A stretch of 64,000 nt of DNA, from NCBI RefSeq assembly GCF_009914755.1, contig NC_060933.1; one strand, given 5' to 3'. How positions within the stretch are numbered: position 1 is the stretch's first letter; every line of letters starts with the position of its first letter. Shown here piece after piece: positions 28,364 to 43,600 of this stretch. The notes under the pieces are model-generated. The model ran no database searches. It saw only the letters and a program-made list of their open reading frames with translations, and was not told where the DNA came from. The position numbers were made by a program, and so were the translations under genes. The DNA comes from the human T2T-CHM13v2.0 reference genome, Homo sapiens.

Positions 28364-30855
28364 TTGATTCCATTCCTTTCCATTCCACTCGAATACATTC
28401 CCTCCTATTCCACTCGGAACGATTCCATTCCATTCCATTCCATTCCATTCCATTCCATTCCATTCCATTTCGTTCCATTCCATTCTATTCCGTATCATTC
28501 CATTCCATTCCATTCCATTCCATTCCATTCCATTCCATTCCACTCGTGTTGATTCCATTCCTTTCCATTCCATTCGGTTTGAAGACATTCCATTCCATTC
28601 CATTCCATTCCATTCCATTGTACACGGGTTGATTGCATTCCATTGCATTCCATTCCATTCAATTCCGTTGCATTCCATTCCATTACATTCGGATTGATTC
28701 TGTTCAACTCCCTTACTCTCCATTACATTCCATTCCATTCGGGTTGTTCCATTCCATTCCATTCCATTCCACTCCATTCCATTGCACTCGGGTTGATTCC
28801 ATTCAATTCCATTCCATTCCGGATGATTCCATTCCATTGCATTCCGTTCCATTACATTCCCCTGCACTCGCGTTGATTCCATTCCATTCCATTCAATTCC
28901 ATTCCATTACAATTCGTTACATTCCATTCTATTCCGTACCATTCCATTCCATTCCATACCATTCCATTCCATTCCATTCCATTCCATTCCGTTCCATTCC
29001 GTTCCATTACATTCCATTCCATTGTATTCGGGTTAATTCCATTCCATTCCATTCCATTCCATTCTATTCCATTCCATTGCAATCGAGTTGAATCCATTGT
29101 ATTCCATTCCATTCCATTCCATTCCATTCCATTCCATTCCATTCCGGAAGATTCCATTCCATTGCATTCCATTCCATTCCATTCCCCTGCACTCGCGTTG
29201 ATTCCATTCCATTCCATTCCGTTCCGTTCCATTCCATTCCATTCCATTCCATTCCATTCCGTTCCTTTCCATTCCATTCCATTCCATTCTATTCGGGTTA
29301 ATTCCATTCCATTCCATTCGATTGCAATCGAGTTGATTCCATTCCATTCCATTCCATTCCATTCGATTCCATTCGATTGCACTCGGGTTGATTCCTTTCC
29401 ATTGCATTCCATTCCATTCCATTCCATTCCATTCCATTCCGTTCCATTCCTTTCCATTATATTCGGATTGATTCTATTCAATTCCCTTACACTCCATTAC
29501 ATTCCATTCCATTCGGGTAGTTTCCATTCCATTCCATTCCATTCCTCTCCATTCCATTGCACTCGGGTTGATTCCATTCCATTGCATTCCATTCCATTCC
29601 ATTCAATTACATTCCGTTCCATTCCATTCCATTACATTCGGATTGATTCTATTCAACTCCCTTACTCTCCATTACATTCCATTCCATTCGGGTTGTTCCA
29701 TTCCATTCCATTCTATTCCACTCCATTCCATTGCACTCGGGTTTATTCCATTCCATTCCATTCCATTCCATTCCATTCCATTCCATTCCGGAACATTCCA
29801 TTCCATTGCATTCCATTCCATTCCATTCCCCTGCACTCGCGTTCATTCCATTCCATTCCATTCCATTCCATTCCATTCCATTCCATTCCTTTCCGTTCCA
29901 TTCCATTCCATTCCATTCCATTCCATTCCGTTCCGTTCCATTCCGTTCCGTTCCGTTGCATTCCATTCCATTCCATTCTATTCGGGTTAATTCCATTCCA
30001 TTCCATTCGATTGCAATCGAGTTGATTCCATTCCATTCCATTCCATTCCATTCCATTCCATTCCATTCCATTCCTTTCCATTCCATTACGGATGATTCCA
30101 TTCCATTGCATTCCATTCCATTCCATTCCCCTGTACTCGGGTTGATTCCATTCCATTCCATTCCAATCCATGCCATTCCACTCGTGTTGATTCCATTCTT
30201 TCCATTCCATTCAAGTTGAATCCATTCCATTGCATTCCATTCCATTCCATTCCCCTGCAGTCGGGTTGATTCCATTCCATTCCATTCCATTCCATTCCAT
30301 TCCATTCCATTCCGTTCCTTTCCGTTCCATTCCATTCCATTCCACTCTATTCGGGTTAATTCCATTCCATTCCATTCCATTCCATTCCATTCCAATCGAG
30401 TTGATTCCATTCCATTCCATTCCACTCCATTCCAGTCCTTTCCATTCCATTCCACTCGGGTTGATTCCAATGTATTCCTTTCCATTCCATTCCATTCCAT
30501 TGCAATCGAGTTGATTCCATTGCTTTGCATTCCATTCCATTCCATTCCATTCCGGATTATTCCATTCCATTGCATTCCATTCCATTCCATTCCCCTGCAC
30601 TCGGGTTGATTCCATTCCATTCCACTCCATTCCGTTCCATTCCATTCCATTCCATTGTATTCAGGTTAATTCCATTCCATTCCATTCCATTCCATTCCAT
30701 TCCATTCCATTCCATTCCATTACAATCGAGTTGATTCCATTCCATTCCATTCCATTCCATTCCATTCCATTCCAGTCCTTTCCATTCCATTCCACTCGGG
30801 TTGATTCCATTCTATTAGTTTCCATTCCATTCCATTCCCTTCCATTCCACTCTGG
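28364..30855 (+). repeat. ~2.5 kb higher-order macro-unit with an internal deletion
   Basis: Same module order, but the first TTACGGATG...CAAGTTGAATCC module is missing at about 29350. Confidence 0.65.
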
Positions 30856-33239
30856 TTGATTCCATTCCTTTCCATTCCACTCGAATACATTCCTTCCTAT
30901 TCCACTCGTAACGATTCCATTCCATTCCATTCCATTCCATTCCATTCCATTCCATTTCGTTCCATTCCATTCTATTCCGTATCATTCCATTCCATTCCAT
31001 TCCATTCCATTCCATTCCATTCCATTCCACTCATTTTGATTCCACTCCTTTCCATTCCATTCGGTTTGAAGGCATTCCATTCCATTCCATTCCATTCCAT
31101 TCCATTCCATTCCATTCCATTGTACTCGGGTTGATTCCATTCCATTGCATTCCATTCCATTCCATTCCATTCCATTCCGTTGCATTCCATTCCATTACAT
31201 TCAGATTGATTCTATTCAACTCCCTTACGCTCCATTACATTCCATTCCATTCGGGTTGTTCCATTCCATTCCATTCCATTCCACTCCATTCCATTGCACT
31301 CGGGTTGTTTCCATTCCATTCCATTCCATTCCATTCCATTCCATTCCGGATGATTCCATTCCATTGCATTCCGTTCCATTACATTCCCCTGCACTCGCGT
31401 TGATTCCATTCCATTCCATTCAATTCCATTCCATTACAATTCGTTCCATTCCATTCTATTCCGTATCATTTCATTCCATTCCATACCATTCCATTCCATT
31501 CCATTCCATTCCATTCCATTCCGTTCCATTCCGTTCCATTGCATTCCATTCCATTCTATTCGGGTTAATTCCATTCCATTCCATTCCATTCCATTCCATT
31601 TCGTTCCATTCCATTCTATTCCGTATCCTTCCATTCCATTCCGTTCCATTCCATTCCATTCCATTCCACTCGTGTTGATTCCATTCCTTTCCATTCCATT
31701 CCGTTTGAAGGCATTCCATTCCATTCCATTCCATTCCATTGCATTCCATTCCATTCCATTCCATTGTACTCGGGTTGATTCCATTCCATTGCATTCCGTT
31801 CCATTCCATTCCATTCCATTCCATTCCGTTGCATTCCATTCCATTACATTCGGATTGATTCTTTTCAACTCCCTTACTCTCCATTACATTCCATTCCATT
31901 CGGGTTGTTCCATTCCATTCCATTCAATTCCACTCCATTCCATTGCACTCGGGTTGATTCCATTCCATTCCATTCCATTCCATTCCGGATGATTCCATTC
32001 CATTGCATTCCGTTCCATTACATTCCCCTGCACTCGCGTTGATTCCATTCCATTCTATTCAATTCCATTCCATTACAATTCGTTCCATTCCATTCTATTT
32101 CGTACCATTCCTTTCCATTCCATACGATTCCATTCCATTCCATTCCATTCCATTCCGTTCCATTCCGTTCCATTGCATTCCATTCCATTCTATTCGGGTT
32201 AATTCCATTCCATTCAATTCCATTCCATTCCATTCCATTACAAACGAGTTGATTCCATTCCACTCCATTCCATTCCAGTCCTTTCCATTCCATTCCACTT
32301 GGGTTGATTCCATTCTATTAGTTTCCATTCCATTCCATTCCCTTCCATTGTATTCGCGTTAATTCCATTCCATTCCATTCCATTCCATTCCATTCCATTA
32401 CAAACAAGTTGATTCCATTCCATTCCATTCCATTCAATTCCTCTCCATTCCATTGTACTCGGGTTGATTCCATTCCATTGCATTCCATTCGATTCCATTC
32501 CATTCCATTCCGTTGCATTCCATTCCATTACGTTCGGATTGATTCTATTCAACTCCCTTACTCTCCATTACATTCCATTCCATTCGGGTTGTTCCATTCC
32601 ATTCCATTCCATTCCATTCCACTCCATTCCATTGCACTCGGGTTGATTCCATTCCATTCCATTGCATTCCATTCCATTCTGGATGATTCCATTCCATTGC
32701 ATTCCGTTCCATTACATTCCCCTGCACTCACGTTGATTCCATTCCATTCCATTCCATTCAATTCCATTCCATTACAATTCGTTCCATTCCATTCTATTCC
32801 GTACCATTCCATTCCATTCCATACCATTCCATTCAATTCCATTCTATTCCGTTCCATTCCATTCCTTTCCGTTCCATTCCGTTCCATTCCATTCCATTCC
32901 ATTCTATTCGATTAATTCCATACCATTCCATTCCATTCCATTCTATTCCATTCCATTGCAATCGAGTTGAATCCATTGCATTTCATTCCATTCCATTCCA
33001 TTCCATTCCATTCCGGAAGTTTCCATTCCATTGCATTCCATTCCATTCCATTCCATTCAATTCCATTCCGTTCCATTCCATTCCATTACATTCGGATTGA
33101 TTCTATTCAACTCCCTTAGTCTCCAATACATTCCATTCCATTCGTGCTGTTCCATTCCATTCCATTCCATTACACTCCATTCCATTGCACTCGGGTTTAT
33201 TCCATACCATTCAATTCCATTCCATTCAATTCCATTCCA

Positions 33240-33252
33240 TTCTGGAAGATTC
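33240..33252. promoter_or_regulatory. HSE motif, CpG-free variant TTCTGGAAGATTC
   Basis: Matches TTCnnGAAnnTTC; CG>TG change in the first spacer. Confidence 0.5.
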
Positions 33253-36200
33253 CATTCCATTGCATTCCATTCCATTCCATTCCCCTGCACTCGCGTTGAT
33301 TCCATTCCATTCCATTCCATTCCATTCCATTCCGTTCCGTTCCATTCCATTCCATTCCATTCCATTCCATTCCATTCCGTTACGTTCCATTGCATTCCAT
33401 TCCATTCTATTCGGGTTAATTCCATTCCATTCCATTCGACTGCAATCTAGTTGATTGCATTCCATTCCATTCCTTTCCATTCCATTCCATTCCATTCCAT
33501 TCCTTTCCATTCCATTACGGATGATTCCATTCCATTGCATTCTATTCCATTCCATTCCCCTGTACTCGGGTTGATTCCATTCCATTCCATTCCAATCCAT
33601 GCCATTCCACTCGTGTTGATTCCATTCTTTCCATTCCATTCAAGTTGAATCCATTCCATTGCATTCCATTCCATTCCATTCCCCTGCAGTCGGGTTGATT
33701 CCATTCCATTCCATTCCATTCCATTCCATTCCATTCCATTCCATTCCAATCAAGTTGATTCCATTAAATTCCATTCCATTGCATTCCATTCCATTCCACT
33801 CCATTCCAGTCCTTTCCATTCCATTCCACTCGGGTTGATTCCAATGTATTCCTTTCCATTCCATTCCATTCCATTGCAATCGAGTTGATTCCATTGCTTT
33901 GTATTCCATTCCATTCGATTCCATTCCGGATGATTCCATTCCATTGCATTCCATTCCATTCCATTCCCCTGCACTCGGGTTGATTCCATTCCATTCCACT
34001 CCATTCCATTCCATTCCATTCCATTCCATTGTATTCGAGTTAATTCCATTCCATTCCATTCCATTCCATTCCATTCCATTCCATTCCATTCCATTCCATT
34101 CCATTACAATCGAGTTGATTCCATTCCATTCCATTCCATTCCAGTCCTTTCCATTCCATTCCACTCGGGTTGATTCCATTCTATTAGTTTCCATTCCATT
34201 CCATTCCCTTCCATTCCACTCTGGTTGATTCCATTCCTTTCCATTCCACTCGAATACATTCCCTCCTATTCCACTCGGAACGATTCCATTCCATTCCATT
34301 CCATTCCTTTCCATTCAATTCCATTTCGTTCCATTCCATTCTATTCCGTATCATTCCATTCCATTCCATTCCATTCCATTCCATTCCACTCCATTGTACT
34401 CGGGTTGATTCCATTCCATTGCATTCCATTCCATTCCATTCCGTTGCATTCCATTCCATTACATTCGGATTGATTCTATTCAACTCCCTTACTCTCCATT
34501 ACATTCCATTCCATTCGGGTTGTTCCATTCCATTCCATTCCATTCCACTCCATTCCATTGCACTCGTGTTGATTCCATTCCATTCCATTCCATTCCATTC
34601 CATTCCGGATGATTCCATTCCATTTCATTCCGTTCCATTACATTCCCCTGCACTCGCGTTGATTCCATTCCATTCCATTCCATTCCATTCAATTCCATTC
34701 CATTACAATTCGTTCCATTCCATTCTATTCCGTACCATTCCATTCCATTCCATACCATTCCATTCCATTCCATCCCATTCCATTCCGTTCCATTCCGTTC
34801 CATTCCATTCCATTCCATTCTATTCGGATTAATTCCATTCCATTCCATTTCATTCCATTCTATTCCATTCCATTGCAATCGAGTTGAATCCATTGCATTT
34901 CATTCCATTCCATTCCATTCCATTCCATTCCGGAAGTTTCCATTCCATTGCATTCCATTCCATTCCATTCCCCTGCACTCGCGTGGATTCCATTCCATTC
35001 CATTCCATTCCATTCCGTTCCGTTCCATTCCATTCCATTCCATTCCGTTCCGTTCCATTCCATTCCATTCCATTCTATTCGGGTTAATTCCATTCCATTC
35101 CATTCGATTGCAATCGAGTTGATTCCATTCCATTCCATTCCATTCCATTCTATTCCATTCCATTCCATTCCATTCCTTTCCATTCCATTACGGATGATTC
35201 CATTCCATTGCATTCCATTCCATTCCATTCCCCTGTACTCGGGTTGATTCCATTCCATTCCATTCCAATCCATGCCATTCCACTCGTGTTGATTCCATTC
35301 TTTCCATTCCATTCAAGTTGATTCCATTCCATTGCATTCCATTCCATTCAATTCCATTCGATTGCACTCGGGTTGATTCCATTCCATTGCATTCCATTCC
35401 ATTCCATTCCATTCCATTCCATTACATTCCATTCCATTACATTCGGATTGATTCTATTCAATTCCCTTACACTCCATTACATTCCATTCCATTCGGGTAG
35501 TTTCCATTCCATTCCATTCCATTCCTCTCCATTCCATTGCACTCGGGTTGATTCCATTCCATTGCATTCCATTCCGTTCCATTCCATTCCATTGCGTTCC
35601 ATTCCATTCCATTACATTCGGATTGATTCTATTCAACTCCCTTACTCTCCATTACATTCCATTCCATTCGGGTTGTTCCATTCCATTCCATTCCATTCCA
35701 CTCCATTCCATTGCACTCGGGTTGATTCCATTCCATTCCATTCCATTGCATTCCATTCCATTCCATTCCCCTGCACTCTCGTTGATTCCATTCCATTCCA
35801 TTCTATTCCATTCCATTCCCTTCCTTTCCGTTCCATTCCATTCCATTCCATTCCATTCCGTTCCGTTCCATTCCATTCCATTCCATTCTATTCGGGTTAA
35901 TTCCATTCCATTCCATTCGATTGCAATCGAGTTGATTCCATTCCATTCCATTCCATTCCATTCCATTCCATTCCTTTCCATTCCATTACGGATGATTCCA
36001 TTCCATTGCATTCCATTCCATTCCATTCCGGATGATTCCATTCCATTGCATTCCGTTCCATTACATTCCCCTGCACTCGCGTTGATTCCATTCCATTCCA
36101 TTCCATTCCATTCCATTCAATTCCATTCCATTACAATTCGTTACATTCCATTCCATTCCATTCCTTTCCATTCCATTACGGATGATTCCATTCCATTGCA

Positions 36201-39070
36201 TTCCATTCCATTTCATTCCCCTGTACTCGGGTTGATTCCATTCCATTTCATTCCAATCCATGCCATTCCACTCGTGTTGATTCCATTCTTTCCATTCCAT
36301 TCAAGTTGAATCCATTCCATTGCATTCCATTCCATTCGATTCCATTCGATTGCACTCGGGTTGATTCCATTCCATTGCATTCCATTCCATTCCATTCCAT
36401 TCCATTCCATTCCATTCCATTCCATTCCATTACATTCGGATTGATTCTATTCAATTCCCTTACACTCCATTACATTCCATTCCATTCGGGTAGTTTCCAT
36501 TCCATTCCATTCCATTCCTCTCCATTCCATTGCTCTCGGGTTGATTCCATTCCATTGCATTCCATTCCATTCCATTCAATTCCATTCCGTTCCATTCCAT
36601 TCCATTACATTCGGATTGATTCTATTCAACTCCCTTACTCTCCATTACATTCCATTCCATTCGGGTTGTTCCATTCCATTCCATTCCATTCCACTCCATT
36701 CCATTGCACTCGGGTTGATTCCATTCCATTCCATTCCATTCCATTCCATTCCATTCCATTCCGTTCCGGAAGATTCCATTCCATTGCATTCCATTCCATT
36801 CCATTCCCCTGCACTGGCGTTGATTCCATTCCATTCCATTCTATTCCATTCCATTCCCTTCCTTTCCGTTCCATTCCATTCCATTCCATTCCATTCCATT
36901 CCATTCCGTTCCGTTCCATTCCATTCAATTCCATTCTATTCGGGTTAATTCCATTCCATTCCATTCGATTGCAATCGAGTTGATTCCATTCCATTACATT
37001 CCATTCCATTCCATTCCATTCTATTCCTTTCCATTCCATTACGGATGATTCCGTTCCATTGCATTCCATTCCATTCCATTCCCCTGTACTCGGGTTGATT
37101 CCATTCCATTCCATTCCAATCCATGCCATTCCACTCGTTTTGATTCCATTCTTTCCATTCCATTCAAGTTGAATCCATTCCATTGCATTCCATTCCATTC
37201 GATTCCATTCGATTGCACTCGGGTTGATTCCATTCCATTGCATTCCATTCCATTCCATTCCATTCCATTCCATTCCATTCCGTTCCATTCCATTCCATTA
37301 CATTCGGATTGATTCTATTCAATTCCCTTACACTCCATTACATTCCATTCCATTCGGGTAGTTTCCATTCCATTCCATTCCATTCCTCTCCATTCCATTG
37401 AACTCGGGTTGATTCCATTCCATTGCATTCCATTCCATTCCATTCAATTCCATTCCGTTCCATTCCATTCCATTACATTCGGATTCATTCTATTCAACTC
37501 CCTTACTCTCCATTACATTCCATTCCATTCGGGTTGTTCCATTCCATTCCATTCCATTCCACTCCATTCCATTGCACTCGGGTTGATTCCATTCCATTGC
37601 ATTCCATTCCATTCCATTCCCCTGCACTCGCGTTGATTCCATTCCATTCCATTCTATTCCATTCCATTCCCTTCCTTTCCGTTCCATTCCATTCCATTCC
37701 ATTCCATTCTATTCGGGTTAATTCCATTCCATTACATTCCATTCCATTACAATTGAGTTGATTCCATTCCATTCCATTCCATTCCAGTCTTTTCCATTCC
37801 ATTCCTCTCGGGTTGATTCCATTCTATTAGTTTCCATTCCATTCCATTCCCTTCCATTCCACTCTGGTTGATTCCATTCCTTTCCATTCCACTCGAATAC
37901 ATTCCGTCCTATTCCACTCGGTACGATTCCATTCCATTCAATTCCATTCCATTCCATTCCAATCCATTCCATTTCGTTCCATTCCATTCTATTCCGTATC
38001 ATTCCATTCCATTCTATTCCGTATCATTCCATTCCATTCCATTCCCTTCCATTCCATTCCATTCCATTCCATTCCATTGTACTCGGGTTGATTCAATTCC
38101 ATTGCATTCCATTCCATTCCATTCCATTCCATTCCGTTGCATTCCATTCCATTACATTCGGATTGATTCTATTCAACTCCCTTACTCTCCATTACATTCC
38201 ATTCCATTCGGGTTGTTCCATTCCATTCCATTCCATTCCACTCCATTCCATTGCACTCGGGTTGATTCCATTCCATTCCATTCCATTCCATTCCATTCGA
38301 TTCCGGATGATTCCATTCCATTGCATTCCGTTCCATTCCATTCCCCTGCACTCGCGTTGATTCCATTCCATTCCATTCCATTCCATTCCATTCCATTCCA
38401 TTCCTTTCCATTCCATTACGGATGATTCCATTCCATTGCATTCCATTCCATTCCATTCCCCTGTACTCGGGTTGATTCCATTCCATTCCATTCCAATCCA
38501 TGCCATTCCACTCGTGTTGATTGCATTCTTTCCATTCCATTCAAGTTGAATCCATTCCATTGCATTCCATTCCGTTCCATTCCCCTGCAGTCGGGTTGAT
38601 TCCATTCCATTCCATTCCATTCCATTCCATTCCATTGCATTCCGTTCCGTTCCATTCCATTCCATTCCATTCTATTCGGTTTAATTCCATTCCATACCAT
38701 TCGATTGCCATCGAGTTGATTCCATTCCATTCCATTCCATTCCATTCCATTCCAGTCCTTTCCATTCCATTCCACTCGGGTTGATTCCAATGTATTCCTT
38801 TCCATTCCATTCCATTCAATTGCAATCGAGTTGATTCCATTGCTTTGCATTCCATTCCATTCCATTCCCCTGTACTCGGGTTGATTCCATTCCATTCCAT
38901 TCCATTCCATGCGATTCCACTCGTGTTGATTCCATTCTTTCCATTCCATTCAAGTTGAATCCATTCCATTGCATTCCATTCCATTCGATTCCATTCCATT
39001 GCACTCGGGTTTATTCCATTCCATTGCATTCCATTCCGTTCCATTCCATTCCATTCCATTCCATTCCTCT

Positions 39071-40470
39071 GCACTCGCGTTGATTCCATTCCATTCCATT
39101 CCGTTCCGTTCCGTTCCGTTCCATTCCATTCCATTCCATTCCATTCCATTCCATTCCTTTCCGTTCCGTTCCATTCCATTCCATTGTATTCGGGTTAATT
39201 CCATTCTATTGCATTCGATTGCAATCGAGTTGATTCCATTGCATTCCATTCCATTACATTCCGTTCCATTCCATTCCATTACATTCTATTCGGGTTAATT
39301 CCATTCCATTCTATTCCACTCCATTGCAGTCCTTTCCATTCCATTCCACTCGGGTTGATTCCATTCTATTCCTTTCCATTCCATTCCATTCCATTGCAAT
39401 CGAGTTGATTCCATTCGAGTTGAATGCTTTCCATTCCATTTCATTCCATTCCATTGTACTCGGGTTGATTCCATTCCATTGCATTCCATTCCATTCCATT
39501 CCATTCCATTCCGTTCCATTCCATTCCATTCCATTCCATTCCAATCCATTCCGTTCCATTCCATTTCATAACATTCAGATTGATTCTATTCAATTCCCTT
39601 ACACTCCATTATATTGCACTCCATTCTGGTTGTTTCCATTCCATTCCATTCCATTTCACTCCATTCCATTGCACTCGGGTTGATTCCCTTCCATTCCATT
39701 CCATTCCATTCCGGATGATTCCTTTCCATTGCATTCCATTCCATTCCATTAGCCTGCACTCGGGTTGATTCCATTCCACTCCATTCCATTCCATTCCATT
39801 CCATTCCATTCCATTCCATTCCAATTCTTTCCATTCCATTCTATTCCGTACCATTCCATTCCATTCCATACAATTCCATTCCATTCCATTCCATTCCATT
39901 CCATTCCATTCCATTCCGTTCCGTTCCGTTCAGTTCCGTTCGATACCATTCCATTCCATTCTATTCGGGTTAATTCCATTCCATTCCATTCCATTCCATT
40001 CCATTCCATTCTATTCCATTCCATTGCAATCGAGTTGAATCCATTGCATTCCATTCCATTCCATTCCATTCCAGAAGATTCCATTCCATTGCATTCCATT
40101 CCATTCCATTCCCCTGCACTCGCGTTGATTCCATTCCATTCCATTCCGTTCCGTTCCGTTCCGTTCCATTCCATTCCATTCCATTCCATTGCATTACATT
40201 CCTTTCCGTTCCGTTGCATTCCATTCCATTGTATTCGGGTTAATTCCATTCTATTCCATTCGATTGCAATCGAGTTGATTCCATTGCATTCCATTCCATT
40301 ACATTCCGTTCCATTCCATTCCATTACATTCTATTCGGGTTAATTCCATTCCATTCCATTCCACTCCATTCCAGTCCTTTCCATTCCATTCCACTCGGGT
40401 TGATTCCATTCTATTCCTTTCCATTCCATTCCATTCCATTGCAATCGAGTTGTTTCCATTCGAGTTGAAT
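39071..40470 (+). repeat. Direct repeat pair 39071-39425 / 40116-40470 (spacing 1045 bp)
   Basis: Shared private string GTATTCGGGTTAATTCCATTCTATT...TTGCATTCCATTCCATTACATTCCGTTCCATTCCATTCCATTACATTCTATTCGGG. Confidence 0.85.
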
Positions 40471-40620
40471 CCCTTCCATTCCATTCCATTCCATTCCATT
40501 GCACACGGGTTCATTCCAATCCATTGCATTCCATTCCATTCCATTCCATTCCATTCCATTCCATTCCATTTTACTCGGGTTGATTCCATTCCATTGCATT
40601 CCATTCCATTCCATTCCATT

Positions 40621-43600
40621 CCGTTGCATTGCATTCCATTACATTCGGATAGATTCTATTCAACTCCCTTACTCTCCATTACATTCCATTCCATTCGGGT
40701 TGTTCCATTCCATTCCATTCCATTCCACTCCATTGCATTGCACTCGGGTTGATTCCATTCCATTCCATTCCATTCCATTCCATTCCGGATGATTCCATTC
40801 CATTACATTCCGTTCCATTACATTCCCCTGCACTCGCGTTGATTCCATTCCATTCCATTCCATTCCATTCCATTCAATTCCTTTCCATTACAATTCGTTC
40901 CATTCCATTCTATTCCGTACCATTCCGTTCCATTGCATACCATTCCATTCCATTGCATTCCATTCCGTTCCATTCCGTTCCATTCCATTCCATTCCATTC
41001 TATTCGGATTAATTCCATTCCATTACATTCCATTCCATTCTATTCCATTTCATTGCAATCGAGTTGAATCCATTGCATTTCATTCCATTCCATTCCGTTC
41101 CATTCCATTCCGGAAGATTCCATTCCATTGCATTCCATTCCATTCCATTCCCCTGCACTCGCGTTGATTCCATTCCATTCCATTCCATTCCATTCCATTC
41201 CATTCCGTTCCGTTCCATTCCATTCCATTCCATTCCATTCCGTTCCGTTCCATTCCATTCCATTCCATTCTATTCGGGTTAATTGCATTCCATTCCATTC
41301 GATTGCAATCGAGTTGATTCCATTCCATTCCATTCCATTCCATTCCATTCCATTCCTTTCCATTCCATTACGGATGATTCCATTCCATTGCATTCCATTC
41401 CATTCCATTCCCCTGTACTCGGGTTGATTCCATTCCATTCCATTCCAATCCATGCCATTCCACTCGTGTTGATTCCATTCTTTCCATTCCATTCAAGTTG
41501 ATTCCATTCCATTGCATTCCATTCCATTCGATTCCATTCGATTGCACTCGGGTTGATTCCATTCCATTGCATTCCATTCCATTCCATTCGATTCCATTCC
41601 ATTCCATTCCGTTCCATTCCATTCCATTACATTCGGATTGATTCTATTCAATTCCATTACACTCCATTACATTACATTCCATTCGTGTAGTTTCCATTCC
41701 ATTCCATTCCATTCCTCTCCATTCCATTGCACTCGGGTTGATTCCATTCCATTGCATTCCATTCCATTCCATTCAATTCTATTCCGTTCCATTCCATTCC
41801 ATTACATTCGGATTGATTCTATTCAACTCCCTTACTCTCCATTACATTCCATTCCATTCGGGTTGTTCCATTCCATTCCATTCCATTCCACTCCATTCCA
41901 TTGGACTCGGGTTGATTCCATTCCATTCCATTCCATTCCATTCCATTCCATTCCATTCGGGAAGATTCCATTCCATTGCATTCCATTCCATTCCATTCCG
42001 TTCCGTTCCATTCCATTCCATTCCATTCCATTCTATTCGGGTTAATTCCATTCCATTCCATTCGATTGCAATCGAGTTGATTCCATTCCATTCCATTCCA
42101 TTCCATTCCATTCCATTCCTTTCCATTCCTTTACGGATGATTCCATTCCATTGCATTCCATTCCATTCCATTCCCCTGTACTCTGGTTGATTCCATTCCA
42201 TTCCATTCCAATCCATGCCCTTCCACTCGTGTTGATTCCATTATTTCCATTCCATTCTAGTTGAATCCATTCCATTGCATTCCATTCCATTCGATTCCAT
42301 TCGATTGCACTCGGGTGGATTCCATTCCATTGCATTCCATTCCATTCCATTCCATTCCATTCCATTCCATTCCATTCCGTTCCATTCCATTCCATTACAT
42401 TCGGATTGATTCTATTCAACTCCCTTACTCTCCATTACATTCGATTCCATTCGGGTTGTTCCATTCCATTCCATTCCATTCCTCTCCATTCCATTGCACT
42501 CGGGTTGATTCCATTCCATTGCATTCCATTCCATTCCATTCCGGAAGATTCCATTCCATTGCATTCCATTCCATTCCATTCAAATCCATTCCGTTCCATT
42601 CCATTCCATTACATTCGGATTGCTTCTATTCATCTCCCTTAGTCTCCATTACATTCCATTCCATTCGGGTAGTTCCATTCCATTCCATTCCATTCCACTC
42701 CATTCCATTGCACTCGGGTTGATTCCATTCCATTCCATTCCATTCCATTCCATTCCGGAAGATTCCATTCCATTGCATTCCATTCCATTCCATTCCCCTG
42801 CACTCGCGTTGATTCCATTCCATTCCATTCCATTCCATTCCTTTCTGTTCCATTCCATTCCATTCCATTCCGTTCCGTTACGTTCCATTCCATTCCATTC
42901 CATTCTATTCTGGTTAATTCCATTCCATTCCATTCGATTCCAATCGAGTTGATTCCATTCCATTCCATTCCATTCCATTCCATTCCATTCCATTCCATTC
43001 CTTTCCATTCCATTACGGATGATTCCATTCCATTGCATTCCATTCCATTCCATTCCCCTGTACTCGGGTTGATTCCATTCCATTCCATTCCAATCCATGC
43101 CATTCCACTCGTGTTGATTCCATTCTTTCCATTCCATTCAAGTTGAATCCATTTCATTGCATTCCATTCCATTCCATTCCCCTGCAGTCGGGTTGATTCC
43201 ATTCCATTCCATTCCGTTCCATTCCATTCCATTCCATTCCATTCCGTTCTGTTCCATTCCATTCCATTCCTTTCTATTCGGGTTAATTCCATTCCATTCC
43301 ATTCCATTCCATTCCATTCCATTCCATTCCAATCGAGTTGATTCCATTCCATTCCATTCCATTCCATTCCATTCCATTCCATTCCACTCCATTCCAGTCC
43401 TTTCCATTCCATTCCACTCGGGTTGATTCCAATGTATTCCTTTCCATTCCATTCCATTCCATTGCAATCGAGTTGATTCCATTGCTTTGCATTCGATTCC
43501 ATTCCATTCCATTCCGGATGATTCCATTCCATTGCATTCCATTGCATTCCATTCCCCTGCACTCGGTTTGATTCCATTCCATTCCACTCCATTCCGTTCC

